DNA from: Malacoraja senta
Lineage: Eukaryota
DNA length: 64,000 nucleotides
Direction: 5' to 3'
NCBI GenBank assembly: GCA_038087875.1
Contig: CM075993.1
Location: 9,922,001-9,986,000 of the forward strand
Below are positions 1 through 28,230 of this stretch, piece after piece. A model generated the notes under the pieces. The model was not told where the DNA came from. It saw only the letters and a list, made by a program, of their open reading frames with translations, and did no database searches. The position numbers and the translations under genes were made by a program. Every line of letters starts with the position of its first letter. Position 1 is the stretch's first letter.

Positions 1-636
1 GACTGTGAGAGGTGATTTCTTTATGAGTCGTTCAATTCGGCGACCAATCTGTTTCAGCTTACGAAGTGCAGGTGTGTACCAGGGTGAAGATTTATTAAAA
101 GTTACGGTTCTTGTTTTGAGGGGAGCCAGAGTATTAAGGGAGGTAGACAAGGTGGAATTGAGATGGTTTGTGAGATCATCAGGTGAGATGTGGGTTGAGT
201 CCAGGGGGAGAGTGGTGGAGAGCAGGTCAGAGAGATGGTGAGGGTCGATGGATTTTAGATTACAGAAGGTGATTACTCGGAGGAAGTGGGGGCGAGGTAT
301 CGGAGAAGGGATGGTGAACCGTATGAGCTTATGATCAGAGAGGGGGAAGAGGCATGGATGGAGGTCGAGTACCGGTTGATTTGTGGAGCAGACCAGGTCA
401 AGGATGTGACCTTTATCATGAGTGGGAAAAGTGACGTGCTGAGTGAAAGAGAAGTTGTCAAGTAGAAAAGAGAATTCAGATGCGAACTTACAGGTGGGGG
501 AGTTCATGTGAATGTTTAAGTCACCAAGTAGCAGCAGACGTGGGGAGAGAGATGAGACAAGTGTGAGGAGTTCAGTGAAGTCAGATAGGAAGGAGGGGTT
601 TGGTTTAGGAGGCCGGTAAATGAGGATGACTGTCAT
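1..636 (-). mobile_element. L2-clade LINE, 5'-truncated copy (APE endonuclease region; continues left of the window)
   Basis: Reverse complement closely matches 50403-51040 of the long L2 copy; ORF 5..241(+) is nearly identical to ORF 50798..51034(-). Confidence 0.85.
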
Positions 637-1368
637 CGTGGTGGTGACAGTCATCCTCATGATGGTGGTGCTGGCTTAAGGGCCGGCCTGGCCTCTTCCT
701 CCCCCTCCAATTTCTTCTGCTGCTATACATTACTTTTGTTAGTTCCCTGTCTTCTGACGCTCTCCTGAACCAAGGGATGATTGGAAGCTTGGGATGGGAA
801 AACTTGATTTGAAGCATTGCCTTTCTCGTGCATACGGACAAACACAAATGCGGATGAATTAGTAACAGGAGGGGACCATTTGGCCTCTAGAGCCTGTTCT
901 TCTGTTCAATGAGAGTGTTGCTGATGTGACTGTAGCCTCCGCTCCCTGTTTACCTGTTTATCTGTGTAGGAAGGAATCTGGTTTACACCGAAGATAGACA
1001 TAAAGTGCTGGAGTAACTCAACGGGTCATGCAGCATCTCTGGAGAAAAAGGATGGCCGATGTTTCGGGTCAGAAGCTTTCTTCAGACTGCACCTATTTTC
1101 TATGTATCTATGTAAGTGGGGGAGGGAGGGGGGGGGGGAGAACTGCAGGTAGGAAAAGGCCCTACTTATCTCTTGCTTCTCTCTGTGCTTATCTGCTTAT
1201 TATTCTTCTGACTTAAAAATCTCCCGTCTCTGCTTCCACCGCTCTTAAGAAACATTGAAATTCAAGTAAATATTTATAAATAATTGGTTAAGAAGGAACT
1301 GCAGATGCTGGAAAAATCAAAGGTAGATAAAAGTGCTGGAGAAACTCAGTGGGTGAGGCAGCATCCTG

Positions 1369-1875
1369 ACGGGCACCCGAAAAAGGGACCACATCACCCC
1401 GATCCTGGCCTCTCTCCACTGGCTCCCTGTGCGGTTCCGTATAAACTTCAAGATCCTCCTCCATGTCTACAAAGCCCTCAATGGGCTTGCCCCCACCTAC
1501 ATAAAAAGTCTTCTCACCCACCACTCCACCTCCAGGCCCCTCAGATCGGCCGACTTGGGGTTGCTGAATATCCCGCGGTCTAGGCATAAGCTCAGGGGCG
1601 ACCGCGCCTTTGCGGTTGCAGCCCCTAGACTGTGGAACAGCATCCCCTTTCCCATCAGAACTGACCCCTCCATCGACTCTTTTAAGTCAAGACTAAAAAC
1701 TTATCTATACTCCCAAGCCTTTCCTGACGTTCTCTGAGTGAGGGCTACATGTATATATGTATGTAGTTTGTTTTTGTTTTATGCTATTCTTATAACAAAT
1801 GTAAAGCACTTTGGCCAACGAGAGTTGTTTTTTAAATGTGCTATATAAATAAATGTGACTTCACTTGACTTGACT
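1369..1875 (+). mobile_element. L2 3' fragment nested in a Penelope-derived repeat
   Basis: ORF 1429..1737 (FKILLHVYKAL...GDRAFAVAAPRLWNS) is an L2 C-terminus with a (TGACT)n tail. It splits host repeat GCAGCATC|TATGGAGCGAAGG (host about 1290-1368 and 1875-1928). Confidence 0.8.
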
Positions 1876-2019
1876 ATGGAGCGAAGGAAATAGGCAACGT
1901 TTCGGGCCGAAACCTTTCTTCAGACTGAAATGTAACATTCTCTCTCACAGCCAAACTTCTCCACCGGAATAAATATGGCACGGGTTCATGTGGCAGTTCA
2001 TCTGATCTTTAGTTTGACT

Positions 2020-2260
2020 TTGGTTTAGACATACAGCGCGGAAACAGGCTCGTCAGTCCACCGTCCGCGCCGACCAGCGATCTCCACACACCAACACTAT
2101 CCGACATACACTAGGGATAACTTACAATTATACCAAGCCAATTAACCTACAAACCTGTAAGCTACACTTTGGAGTGTGAAATGGAGAACTCGGAGAAAAC
2201 TCTTGCAGGTCACGGGGAGAATGTACAAACTCCGCACAGACAAACTACTGCTGCGCCACC
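2020..2260 (-). mobile_element. tRNA-derived V-SINE (HE1-like), internally deleted
   Basis: Reverse complement of the V-domain and CR1-type tail seen in other copies (e.g. 57440-57700). Confidence 0.7.
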
Positions 2261-2516
2261 ATGCCATCTTTGTCTGGGAGGTTAGGTGTCCACCACAGGA
2301 CCTGTGGTGCAATGCTGCAATGCCATTGGGAAGTGGCCACATGAGAATCTGTCGAGAAGTTTGTGATTTGTAAGTTTGTGTATGCACTCCAAATTTCTTA
2401 ACAATTGCATAGTGGGGGGAGGGGGGTGCAGGTATTATCGGGAAAGTCCTGGCATTTGAAAGGATAAATACTGTGTATTAGAATGAACAGTTAGTATTTA
2501 CCACCACCCATTTGCT

Positions 2517-2906
2517 CACCACCCATTTTCCGGCAACTGATGATCCGGCTCCAATTCAATTCGGACAGAATTACAAGTGCACTTGAAATCCCCCCCCCCC
2601 GAAGTCCCCCTGAAAATGTGGTGCCAAGGCTGGGTGAGGCAGCCGATCTCGACCTCTAACGGGACATCCTCGCCAATTGGCATGTTGAGTTTGCCCCCTG
2701 TGGCCGGGCTCTGGAACTCCAGCCTGGCCAGAGCCAGCAGATCCGTTCCCATAGCCAACTTCTGAGGCCGACTTTGCGGGCCGGTATCTTGGCTCTTCAG
2801 CTGCCTAGGTGGACCGCTGGACTCCTCTCGGAAGCTATGATCTATGTTGGTCCAGCAAAACAAATAAGAAGGCTCTGGAACCAAGGATGCTGGATATTTG
2901 GTGGTG
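2517..2906. mobile_element. MITE, same family as 20151-20507, opposite orientation
   Basis: Ends CACCACCCATTTTCCGGCA...TGCTGGATATTTGGTGGTG; subterminal sequence matches the 20151-20507 element. Confidence 0.65.
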
Positions 2907-3578
2907 GACCTGTAATTACTTAGTGATCTCATTGAACACCTCCTCCTTGGGGAGCACATTTTTATGGACTAATCCCCTATTGACCGAAATATTGATTCTG
3001 CAGAACAATTTTGAATCGACACTCTATGCCGCCACCGTACCAGCTTTGCCCATGTCCACTGGCTGTACTATTCAGGACAAGATGAAAAAGCTCGCTGTGA
3101 TTGACATCATCCAGCCTACAGTCTTAACTCAATATAAACATTCGAACACAGCCCAACATTTGATTTGTTTTACTCACTGCCATTGGGGATACTCAGAAAA
3201 TCAATCACATCTATTTGCAAAAAAACAGCTTGATTGGAAATGGACCTGAATTCAGCAGAGGATGAGAATTTAATTATGACTGACAGTGCCTCCATGTCCA
3301 CCAACATTTGATGTTAAGTCTCGTTCTTGTTTTCAAATAGCTCTCGTTATCTTTACCTCACTCCTCCAACTCTGTAATATCCAATATACCTATTATCTCA
3401 AAACAGAATTAAAAAAAAATCATTTATGCATCCCGTGTTAATTGTCCCACTGTTAGTATCAGTGGAGCCCTGCAGGTCACAACTTGCAGCTGTCTGTCCT
3501 TTCACCCTTTTTGTTATTTTTAGTCTGTTTAAAAAGTTTGTTTTGGAGGTCTTTTAGTCTTTTTTTATGTGGGGGAAA

Positions 3579-3950
3579 ACAATAGACAATAGGTTCAGGA
3601 GTAGGCCATTCGGCCCGAGCCAGCACCGCCATTCAATGTGATCATGGCTGATCATCCCCAATCAGTACCCCGTTCCTGCCTTCTCCCCATATCCCCTCTC
3701 TGCTATTTTTAAGAGCCCTATCTAGCTCTCTCTTGAAAGCATCCAGAGAACTTGCCTCCACCACCCTCTGAGGCAGAGAATTCCACAGACTCACCACTCT
3801 CTGTGAGAAAAAGTGTTTCCTCATCTCCGTTCTAAATGGCTTACTCCTTATTCTTAAACTATGGCCCCTGGTTCTGGACTCCCCCAACATCGGGAACATG
3901 TTTCCTGCCTCTAGCCTGTGCAAACCCTTAACAATCTTATGTTTCAATGT
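3579..3950 (-). mobile_element. CR1 LINE 3' fragment
   Basis: ORF 3642..3947 (TRGHSLRI...FFSQRVVSLWNSLP) is a CR1 C-terminus; short tandem tail at about 3580. Confidence 0.85.
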
Positions 3951-4570
3951 TTTATATGGGAAGGGGGAAACTGTTTTTTCCAGTCTCTACCTGGTCGAGG
4001 ATGCGTCTTTTCTCCAAGCTGCATCTTCGCCCCCTCCTCGCGGCCTACCATCTGGATTGGCGCGGCCTTTCCTGCCGGAGACCGGCCAGAGCTTCAGCGG
4101 CGGTGCAGCACTGAGTTACCATCACGGAGCGGGCGATGCCTTCCCGGGGAGTGTTGGGCCAGCTGATTACATCGTGGAGCTGTGGTTGCGGAGCTTCCAG
4201 CCGCGGGCGGCGCTGAGTCTAACATCGCGGAGCCTGGGATCTTTGCCGAGGATCGCCAGCGTTGAATCTCCGCCCAGCTGGGCCTGTGGACTTCGGGAGT
4301 CGCGGTCTCCGGTAGGAAGTGGCCGATTCGGAAACTTCAAGCCACTGAGAGTGTTCTCTGTTCCGACACCGGAGCTCCATCATACCGGCGAGAGGGCCTG
4401 AAAATGTGGAGGCCTATGTGGAAGCCTAAAAGGCCCCGACCACGGGTGAACAAGTGGAAGAGGACTGAACTTTATTGCCTTCCCTCACAGTGGGAAACGT
4501 TGATTCCGCTATGGGGGATGTTTATGTTAAATTCTATCGTTTATTGTGTTCTTTTTATTCGTGTGGCTGT
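3950..4570 (+). repeat. GC-rich non-autonomous interspersed repeat
   Basis: Similar to 8885-9400 (CTACCTGGTCG...GGCCTACCA) and to 60875-61020 (GCCTTCCCTCACAGTGGGAAA...). Confidence 0.55.
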
Positions 4571-5149
4571 AACAAGTTGATGGCCGCGCCGCTGTGTTTG
4601 GCTGCTTCTTAGCCTCTTGCCGCTCCTGTTTGCCCTGGCTCTGTTTGTGTCTACCTGCACTGGTCTGTACAGCACTTTGCTCAACATGGGTAGTTTTTAA
4701 ATGTGCTTAATAAATAAATATGTATTATTATTATTATATTAACTGTTCTGGCAAGTACTATAACAATGTTGAAGAAGCACTTCGACAGGTACATGGATAG
4801 GATAGGTTTAGAGGGATATGGGCCAAACGCAGGCATGTGGGATTAGTGTTGATGGGGCATGTTGGTCGGCATGGGCAAGTTGGGCAGCAGCCTGTTTCCC
4901 TGCTATATCACTCTATGATTTGAGTATGATTAGACTATGATCACCAAACAGCTCTTTCCTGCCATCTGGTGGCTTAACAATGAATGTGATTCACCTGTCC
5001 AGCAAAAGACATTGTAAATATTGCAGAGAGAAAATTGGTATGTCTCTAAAAGGAGATAACTTTTGTAGGTTGTCCATATCTCTTAGACCATAGACCAGGG
5101 ATCATTGCTGCTTGACAGACCATGAGTGCGGTGATATATTCAATAATGC

Positions 5150-5760
5150 CGAGACCAAGATCATCGTCTGCCAGGAGTAAGTGTTCTGGACTTTTAGTGG
5201 GCCAGTGGCAGGACTCCCTGCTGGAGATGACATTGTACGTGTGGAGCACCACACACCTCCTCTACCTGGGGGTCTCCCTGAGTCCCACTGAGGATTCTTG
5301 GCCGGCGAACTGGCAGGAGCTGGAGACGAAAGTCGTCGCCCGGCTGGGACGCTGGTCAGGCTTGCTTAGAGTTCGTTCTTTCCAGGGTAGGGTGCTGGTC
5401 ATAAACCAGCTGGTGGTCTCCATGTTATGGTACTGGCTGGCTACTCTTGTCCCGCCCTACAATACAGAAGAAGTCAGTGGATTTCTTTTGGGGAGATAGG
5501 AAGCACTGGTCCTGAGTCTCCTGTTAGAGGAGGGCAGCCAGTCCTTGGTATGCATGCGTACCCAGTGGCGGCTCTCCGTCTCAGGACTCTGTGGAAGTAT
5601 GTGTACGTGGAGCACCCTCCCCCCCAGATGGCACGCTCTGCCCATGTATTTTTTCCGCCGGGGCCGTTGCCTAAGGGGGGTTTCGCGGCTCCCGGCGGCG
5701 GGCATCAGTCGACCCAGGTCAGGAGCGAACCCTGGGCTTGGAATTGGCCAGATTTTCCCC
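5150..5760 (+). mobile_element. Tx1/L1-clade LINE ORF2 fragment (degenerate)
   Basis: ORF 5122..5499 contains YLGV...NWQELE...W...SFQGRVLVINQLVVSMLWY, typical of the post-RT region of Tx1 elements; frameshifted downstream. Confidence 0.7.
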
Positions 5761-6235
5761 ACTACGTCCAGATGAGCTCACAAAATCAACTACCACCAAT
5801 TTCACAGTAACATCATCAACATCTGCACTCCAGGGCGTTTGATGCTTTGTAATATCTTGGTTCTGGTTTGTACCCGAAGGCCTTTCTCATCCTGTGAATA
5901 GTCCCCACCATCTGGCATGTCATCACATCCGCCCAAACTCCGATATTAATGCCGAGAAATCGGCCCTCTCACGCACGTTTTTGTCACATGCACTTTGTGC
6001 ACATGAGATTGTCACTGCTGAGATATCTGCATGGACCAGTGGAGAAGGGAGAAATAGTGTCGCTAACTCCAGTAGCAATTCAACAGCACTTGCAGCGCCG
6101 GAGACCCGGGTTCCATCCTGACTACTGATGAAACGCAGGTCTGTATACACACAGCAGCTCAACTGCCGAGAATGTTTATCTCGAGTGACCTATGACCTGG
6201 GCATGCTCAGTTGAAATACCAAACTCGCTTATTGT

Positions 6236-8448
6236 CAGGGCTGCCAACTCTCACGCATTTGACGAAATTCTCACGCTCTCACGCTGGTGACAGAAGTTCT
6301 CACGCTCAAATTTTTTTTTTTTTTTAAATATAAATAAATAAACAGTCGCACTCCTTCACACTCACCAATGAGAATAGTTTTCTGTCGGCGGGTTTCCCGT
6401 AAAGAACGAGCAATTTAATTGGCTTAAGCCCATCGTACACTATTTAAAATGGCAATGTAGACTGTAAATGGCAATGTAAATGCTGGAGAAACTCAGCGGG
6501 TGAGGCAGCATCTATGTCTGAGTTTGACCCTTCTTCAGACTCAAGCATTTCTCCAGCATTTTTGTCTACCGCTCCATGATGCTGCCTCACCCGCTTTCAC
6601 ATTCCCGTGCAGATGGTGTGACAGGTGAGACACGGCGGTGGTCCCAGCACCGCCCCCCCTGAGGCACAGCTCACACATCCCACTCTCACCTCCAGCGGCT
6701 CTGTATCCGTCGGCCGCTCTATCCACACCCCATGGAGTTTTAACTCCAGCCTGGAGCCAGGAGCGAACCGGGTGAGTGGGGGCGTCGGTGCCGCCTCCGG
6801 AGCCGCGGGGATGAATATCGGGCAATAGCTCCGCTCCGATGCCCGACCCCCGGGTCACTGTCCCTCACCTCCCCCGGACCCCAGCTGGACATAGAGCACC
6901 TGGGCCGGCCCGCATTCTCGGGGAGGGGGGGGAGAGAGGGAAATGCTCCCCGGACATCGCCAAGTCTACGCTCACTCTGGGTGTTGTCGCCGCTTCACTG
7001 ACACACACAACCTAACACACACCCTTACACACACACTGGCACACACAAGGTTTAAAGGGATATGGGCCAAATGCAGATAAATGGGACTAGTTTAGATGGG
7101 GCATCTTGATCTGCATGGACAAGTTGGGATGAAGGGCTTGTTTCCATGCTGTAAGACTATGACACACTGTAGAAAGGGTACAATTGCTCTGGAGAGGATC
7201 CAGGGGCGATTTATGAACATATTGGCAGGGTTGGAATTTTTTTTTCACTTTGAAGAAAGATTTGATAACTGGGATTGTATTCTCTGCAGCAACGGAGGTG
7301 AAGAAAAGACTTAGTTGAGGTGAATAATATTATGAGAATAGGACCTGTTTCGCTTAACAAAGAGTGTTGGAAGGAACTGCAGATGGTGGTTTAAACTGAA
7401 GATAGACACTAAAAGCTGGAATAACTCAGCAGGACAGGCAGCATCTCTGGAGGGTAAGAATAGGTGATGTTTTGGGTCGAGACCTTCAGACCGAAGGGGT
7501 TGAAAACCAGCCATAAAACACAATAACTGGAGATATGTGTTATCCAACTAAGGGCAGAAATCGGAATCATGTGTTCATCTTTATTGACGTGACATCATAA
7601 TAAATATATTATAGAAAAAATAATTTAATGGGGTGGCACGGTGGCGCAGCGGTAGTTGCTGCCTTGCAGCACTAGTTGCTGCCTTGCAGCACCACAGACC
7701 CAGATTTGTTCCTGACTACGGGTGCTGTCTGTACAGTATTTGTACATTCTCCTTATGACCACATGGTTTTCTCTGGATATTCCGGTTTCTCCCACATCCG
7801 AAAGAAGTACAGGTTTGTAGGTTAATTGGCTTCTGTAAATTGTCCCTAGCGTGTAGGATACAACTGGTGTATGGTAGATTCCTGGTCGGTGTGGACGGTG
7901 GGCCGAAGGGCCTGTTTCCATATATATGTTTTACATATATATCTTAATTTCATTGAACCATATACGGTTGAATATGTGGCATTATTTTCGTCTTGTTTCT
8001 ATGGTCAAAGGGTATGGTTGATTTATTTATTTATTTATTTGTGCAGAACAGTGATGGAAGTCTGACTCCTCTTTCCTTGTTTCTATGTTTTTGTTTCTCT
8101 ATATATATATATGCATAACAGCATGAATTATAATCTGATTTCCATGTATGAATATACTAAGGTCATTCATGTGCTGCACCTGTTGATCAGAGCCTGGCTC
8201 TACTGTGGAATGTAATTAGGAATGTAATTTAGCCTAACCTTATTCATACCTAATCCAATTTGAAGCATAAATGTTGCATTCAAGTGTAAGTTAAAAGCTC
8301 CTACAGTATGCACCAGATTGCACAATTTCAAGCTGAAAAATGCAAAAGCTCCTTACCAAGGGAGGGGGGGACCCCCCCCCCCCCCCACGGTCACTATCCT
8401 CCCTTGCAATTTCTCACTCTCAACTCTCAACCAACGTTGGCAGCCCTC
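6236..8448. mobile_element. Non-autonomous hAT-like DNA transposon with nested SINE/CR1/Penelope pieces
   Basis: TIRs (C)AGGGCTGCCAAC at 6236 and GTTGGCAGCCCT at 8436-8447; 8-bp TSD CTTATTGT (6228-6235)/CTTATTAT (8449-8456); subterminal CTCACGC repeats. Confidence 0.7.
7632..7920 (+). mobile_element. tRNA-derived V-SINE (HE1-like)
   Basis: A-box TGGCGCAGCGG, V-domain and 3' GGGCCGAAGGGCCTGTTTCC CR1-type tail. Confidence 0.8.
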
Positions 8449-9699
8449 CTTATTATTGCTGGACTTGCCGTGGCAGCGTGAGTGTTAAATGGAGTCAATG
8501 GACAGGTGGGTTTGTGCAATGGTCTGGGGAGTGAATGCGAAAGGCAATGAGTAGGTATGTTACAAAACTTACCTTCAGCGGCGCTGCAGTTCTGTCACTG
8601 CCCGTGTGCGCGACTGGCGCCTTTGAGAGGGGGGCGGGTTTAAAATGCCTTGTTTCTCCAGCCTATTCAAATCGATGTCTGTCAGGCTGTTGAGCTGCTA
8701 AAGAATAATCGCTTCGACTGCCATTTTATTAAGTTTCTTTGAAACTGCACTGTGAATAGTCCCCACCATCTGGCATGTCATCACCTCCGCCCAAACTCCG
8801 ATATTAATGCCGAGAAATTGGCCCTCTCACGCACGTTTTTGTCACATGCAGTTTGTGCACATGAGATTGTCACTGCTGAGATTTCATCTACCTGGTCGGT
8901 GAGGCAGCTTTTTCTCCGGGCTGCCTCGTCGACCCGTCCTCATGGCCTACCAGCGGGCATGGAGCGCCGTTTCCTGACAGCACCTTCAGCTTCGGTCGGC
9001 GGCACAGCGCTGGAGTGCTATCATGGAGCGTAGCGGGCGATGCCTTGCCTGGGTCGCCGCGCTGGATCGACGCGCTGGAGCTCCAGTATGCGGTGACCGC
9101 CGACATCAACACCTCCGGGCTGCGGGTCTGCGGAGCGACCAGCTGCGGGCGGCGGCGGCGCCGACTTTAACATCGGGAGCCTCGTGGCTCCAAATCGGCG
9201 CGGCCCTGTCGGCTTCAGGTGCCATCGACTCCGCTGGGAAACCGGCCGTTCTAGCCGCTGCGAGGACTCTCCCGACGGCCAGGAACATCGGGCCTCCGTA
9301 GAGGCAACTGTGGCGGCCTCGATGGGCCTGACTCTGGGGAGAACTGGGTTGGGGACTGGACATTGTGCCTTCCCCAACAGTGGTGGTCATTGTGGGGGGG
9401 TGATTTTTGTGTGTAGTGTTAAGTGTCTGTGTTAGTCTATGTCCAACATGGCGGGCGGAAGGGAGAGTGTACGCTAGCGCGGTTTGGCTGCCGCTGCTCT
9501 CCCTTCATGTTGTGTTTTCTGAATTTTGTTGTTGCCTTTTTTTGGATCAAATTTCTGTTTTTAATTTATGTATTGGTGTTGTCTTTATGACTTATTTTAC
9601 TGATTATATGTTTATATGTTTCTCAAATTGTAAGGTGTCCTAGAGACCTCGGTATTAGGCGCCCTTAAAATAAAATCTATTATTATTATTATTAATGAG

Positions 9700-10170
9700 G
9701 GCAGCGGCCGCTCGGCCCACAAAGACCCTGCTGCCCCGTGGGGGGGGGGTGTGGGCTCCACCCAGGCCTCATCCCCTCAGCAGCTTTGGAGTTTAGAGCA
9801 GCGGTGGAGCTTGTTTCTGCGCCGTATCCCTCACCCTCACGCCCAGGCCCAGGGCGGCGACAACGTTGTCAACGAGCGCTCGATCAACGCAGCGGCACCG
9901 GCGGTCCATGCCCACGTGGCCCGGCCGTTCCGCGCATGTGCGGCAGCGGGATCCCGCGGCGTCACTTCCGGGCGAGTTGTCATGGCGCCCGAGGCCTACT
10001 GAGCGAGCGTCCCGCCGCGACCTGTCCTCCCCTCCCCTCCCTCACGCTGCAGCCGACCTCACATCCATGACTGCCGGGCTCCGGCCGTAGCATCGGGTGG
10101 GTTCTCACTCCCGGGCCGTTAGCGGGTGCGACGATAAATCAACCCGAGCCAGGTTGCCTCAGCAGCGGGT
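9700..10170 (+). promoter_or_regulatory. CpG-island promoter of WDR61 (probable non-coding exon 1)
   Basis: CpG-rich, TATA-less, just upstream of the ATG exon. E-box CACGTG 9913-9918, NRF1-like CGCGCATGTGCG 9931-9942, ETS CACTTCCGG 9963-9971, YY1-like CATGGCG 9981-9987. Exon 1 donor not fixed. Confidence 0.7.
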
Positions 10171-10492
10171 CCCGCAAATGTCCCTTCCTCTCCATCCTAA
10201 CCCTCCCTCCCTATACCCCCCCCCCTCTATCCTTAACCCCCCCCCTCCCTCCCATTCTTCCCTCTACTCGCTCCCTCCCACCCTGCCGACCACTCAGACT
10301 CTGCTTCCCTGTAGCTCAGTAGAAACCCGAGATAAATCATTTAAATCTTTTAAATATGTTTAACTTGGTATCATGGTCTACACAGACATTGTGGGCCGAA
10401 GGGTCAGTCCTTGTGTTGTTCACTGTTCTAAGTACTTTGATGCTTTCATTCCACAGTAAAACCTCAGTTCTTGTCGGTCAGAAGCCGGGAGG

Positions 10493-25950
<15,458 letters not shown>

Positions 25951-26211
25951 AGTGTTCTCCTGCTCAGAATATAAAACTGAACCAAGATCTCACTCGACTC
26001 CAAACTGATGCCTCTCTGGGAATGTGTAAAATGTGATTTTTATGTCAACAATTATGAAATGGAAGGAACCATCATGAAATCTGAGTTTGATAAACCATTC
26101 CTCATCTTATTTTAATTTGGTTTATGTGGGAAGATTTTCTCATAGTTCTTATTTACATTTATGCTGTTCCCCAAGTGTGTATCATTTTTGTTTTATTTTT
26201 GTAGTTGCTGA

Positions 26212-26217
26212 AATAAA
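26212..26217 (+). terminator. Probable WDR61 polyadenylation signal AATAAA
   Basis: About 260 nt after the stop codon, followed by a GT/T-rich tract. Confidence 0.65.
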
Positions 26218-26409
26218 CATGGTTTTATATATGTGATTGGAGTCCTGATTCAGCAGATGAAATGATGCATGTTTCTACGTGAGCTCCATTAATCACAGCT
26301 GCCCGTCAGGTTGGTTGAAAATCACATTGGTCACAAAATTAATCTGACCTGTTGGAACTATCATGATCGTCAGGAATTGTGCAACTTGAGGTTTTGGCTT
26401 GAGAGGCTT

Positions 26410-27470
26410 CCTTGAGAAGGGCCGAGGAAAAGAGTGCTGACTTATCAAGCCCAGAGCAGCAGCAATTGGGAGATGTAAATAGCAGTTGGAAATACATTGG
26501 GGACATGTGGGATTACGTGATGTGGAAGCTGGTGGATCCCTTGGTGGTTCCTAGTGACCACATCTGCAGCAAGTGTTGGTTGATCGAGGAACTCTGGCTC
26601 AAAGTTGATGACCTGGAGTGTGAGCTTCAAATGCTGTGACACATCAAGGATGGGGAGAATACCTGGATGCTGTGTTTCTGGAGGCAGTCACACTCAAAGA
26701 TACTAGAGGAGCACACCTGTTAGATTAACTGGGTCCAATTTGATCCATGGTCAGGAGGGTTGGAGAATTGAAGTGAGGTAGGCAGGAGGATCCAAGAGGC
26801 AGTGTTAGAGGAGTCTTGGCCCTTGAGCTTGTCCAGCAGATTCTCGCTCCCTGTGCAGATGAGTGTGGGGGCTGTAGGAAGGCATAGGCTATTCTCTAAA
26901 TGGGAGAGGTTTCAGAAATCAGAGGAGCATTAGGTGGGTGGGTGGTGCAGGATTCTCAAAAGATCAATTTTCAGGTTGAATCGGTAGTAATGAAGGCAAG
27001 TGCAACATTAGCATTCATTTCAAGAGGACTATAACATAAAAGCAGGAATTTAATGCTGAGGTTTTATAAGGTGCTGGTCAGGCTGCATTTTTTAGTTCCA
27101 TATCTGAGAAGGGATATGCTTACATTGGAGAGGGTCCAGAGGTTTCCTGGGGATGATTGGATTAACATGAGCATTTGATGGCTCTGGGCCTGTTTAGAAA
27201 GCTGGAGTTTATGAGGGGGGAATCTCTTTGAAACTTAATAGTAAAAAGCCTGGAGAGGATGTTTCTACTTGTGGAGTCTAGGACCAAAGGGCACAGCCTC
27301 AGAATAAAAGGACGTACCTTTACAAGAGGATGGTGAATCTGTGCAATTCATTGCTAATATTGCGTCAAAGGTTTGGGTGAGAAGGCAGGAGAATGATAGA
27401 TCAGCCATGATTGAATAGTGGAGTAGACAACGGGCTGAATGGCCTAATTGTGAACCTATGACTTATGAAA
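26410..27470 (+). mobile_element. Degenerate CR1 fragments (ORF1-like and ORF2 3' end)
   Basis: HICSKCWLIEELWLKVDDLE ORF1-like segment, followed by eroded ORF2 and tail. Confidence 0.6.
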
Positions 27471-27714
27471 GGCTAATGTTAAAGCCATCAGAGTGCTTTG
27501 TGCCTGAATGGTAAACATGGTATTAAAAACAAATATTTCATTCACTTGTATATGATAAATTTTCTTTAAATTCAACTAAACCAGTGGGACAAATAATTTC
27601 CTGCTAATTTGGCTGTTTGGAAGGGAAAACATATATATCCATTCTGTGCAACTATTTGCATATTATAGATGCTTTTAAAACCTCTTGGAAACATAATTGT
27701 CATCAATTTTGTTT

Positions 27715-28230
27715 GACAATAGACAATAGGTGCAGGAGTAGGTAGACAAAAGTGCTGGAGAAACTCAGCAGGTGCAGCAGCATCTATGGAGCAAAGGAAA
27801 TAGGCAACGTTTCGGGCGGAAACCCTTCTTCAGAGCAGGAGTAGGCCATTCGGCCCTTCGAGCCAGTTCCGCCATTCAATGTGATCATGGCTGATCATCC
27901 CCAATCAGTACCCCGTTCCTGCCTTCTCCCCATATCCCCTGACTCCGCTATCTTTAAGAGCCCTATCTAGCTCTCTCTTGAAAGTATCCAGAGAACCGGC
28001 CTCCACCGCCCTCTGAGGCAGAGAATTCCAGACTCAGTGTGAAAAAGTGTTTCCTCATCTCTGTTCTAAATGACTTGCCCCTTATTCTTAAACTGTGACA
28101 CCTGGTTCTGGACTCCCCCAACATCGGGAACATGTTTCCTGCCTCTAGCGTGTCCAAACCCTTAATCTTATGTTTCAATAAGATCCCTCTCATCCTTCTA
28201 AATTCCAGAGTCTACAAGCCCAGCCACTCC
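27715..28230 (-). mobile_element. CR1 3' fragment with nested Penelope-derived repeat (27742-27834)
   Basis: ORF 27963..28193; GCAGGAGTAGG duplicated around the insert. Confidence 0.8.
27803..27835 (-). ncRNA. Minimal hammerhead ribozyme motif, intact core
   Basis: Minus strand: CTGAAGA A GGGT TTCC GCCC GAAA CG TT GCC. Confidence 0.55.

Noticed and set aside
8885..9435. Overlapping GC-rich ORFs as a small gene
   Set aside because: Homologous to the interspersed repeat at 3950-4570; the ORFs reflect high GC content.
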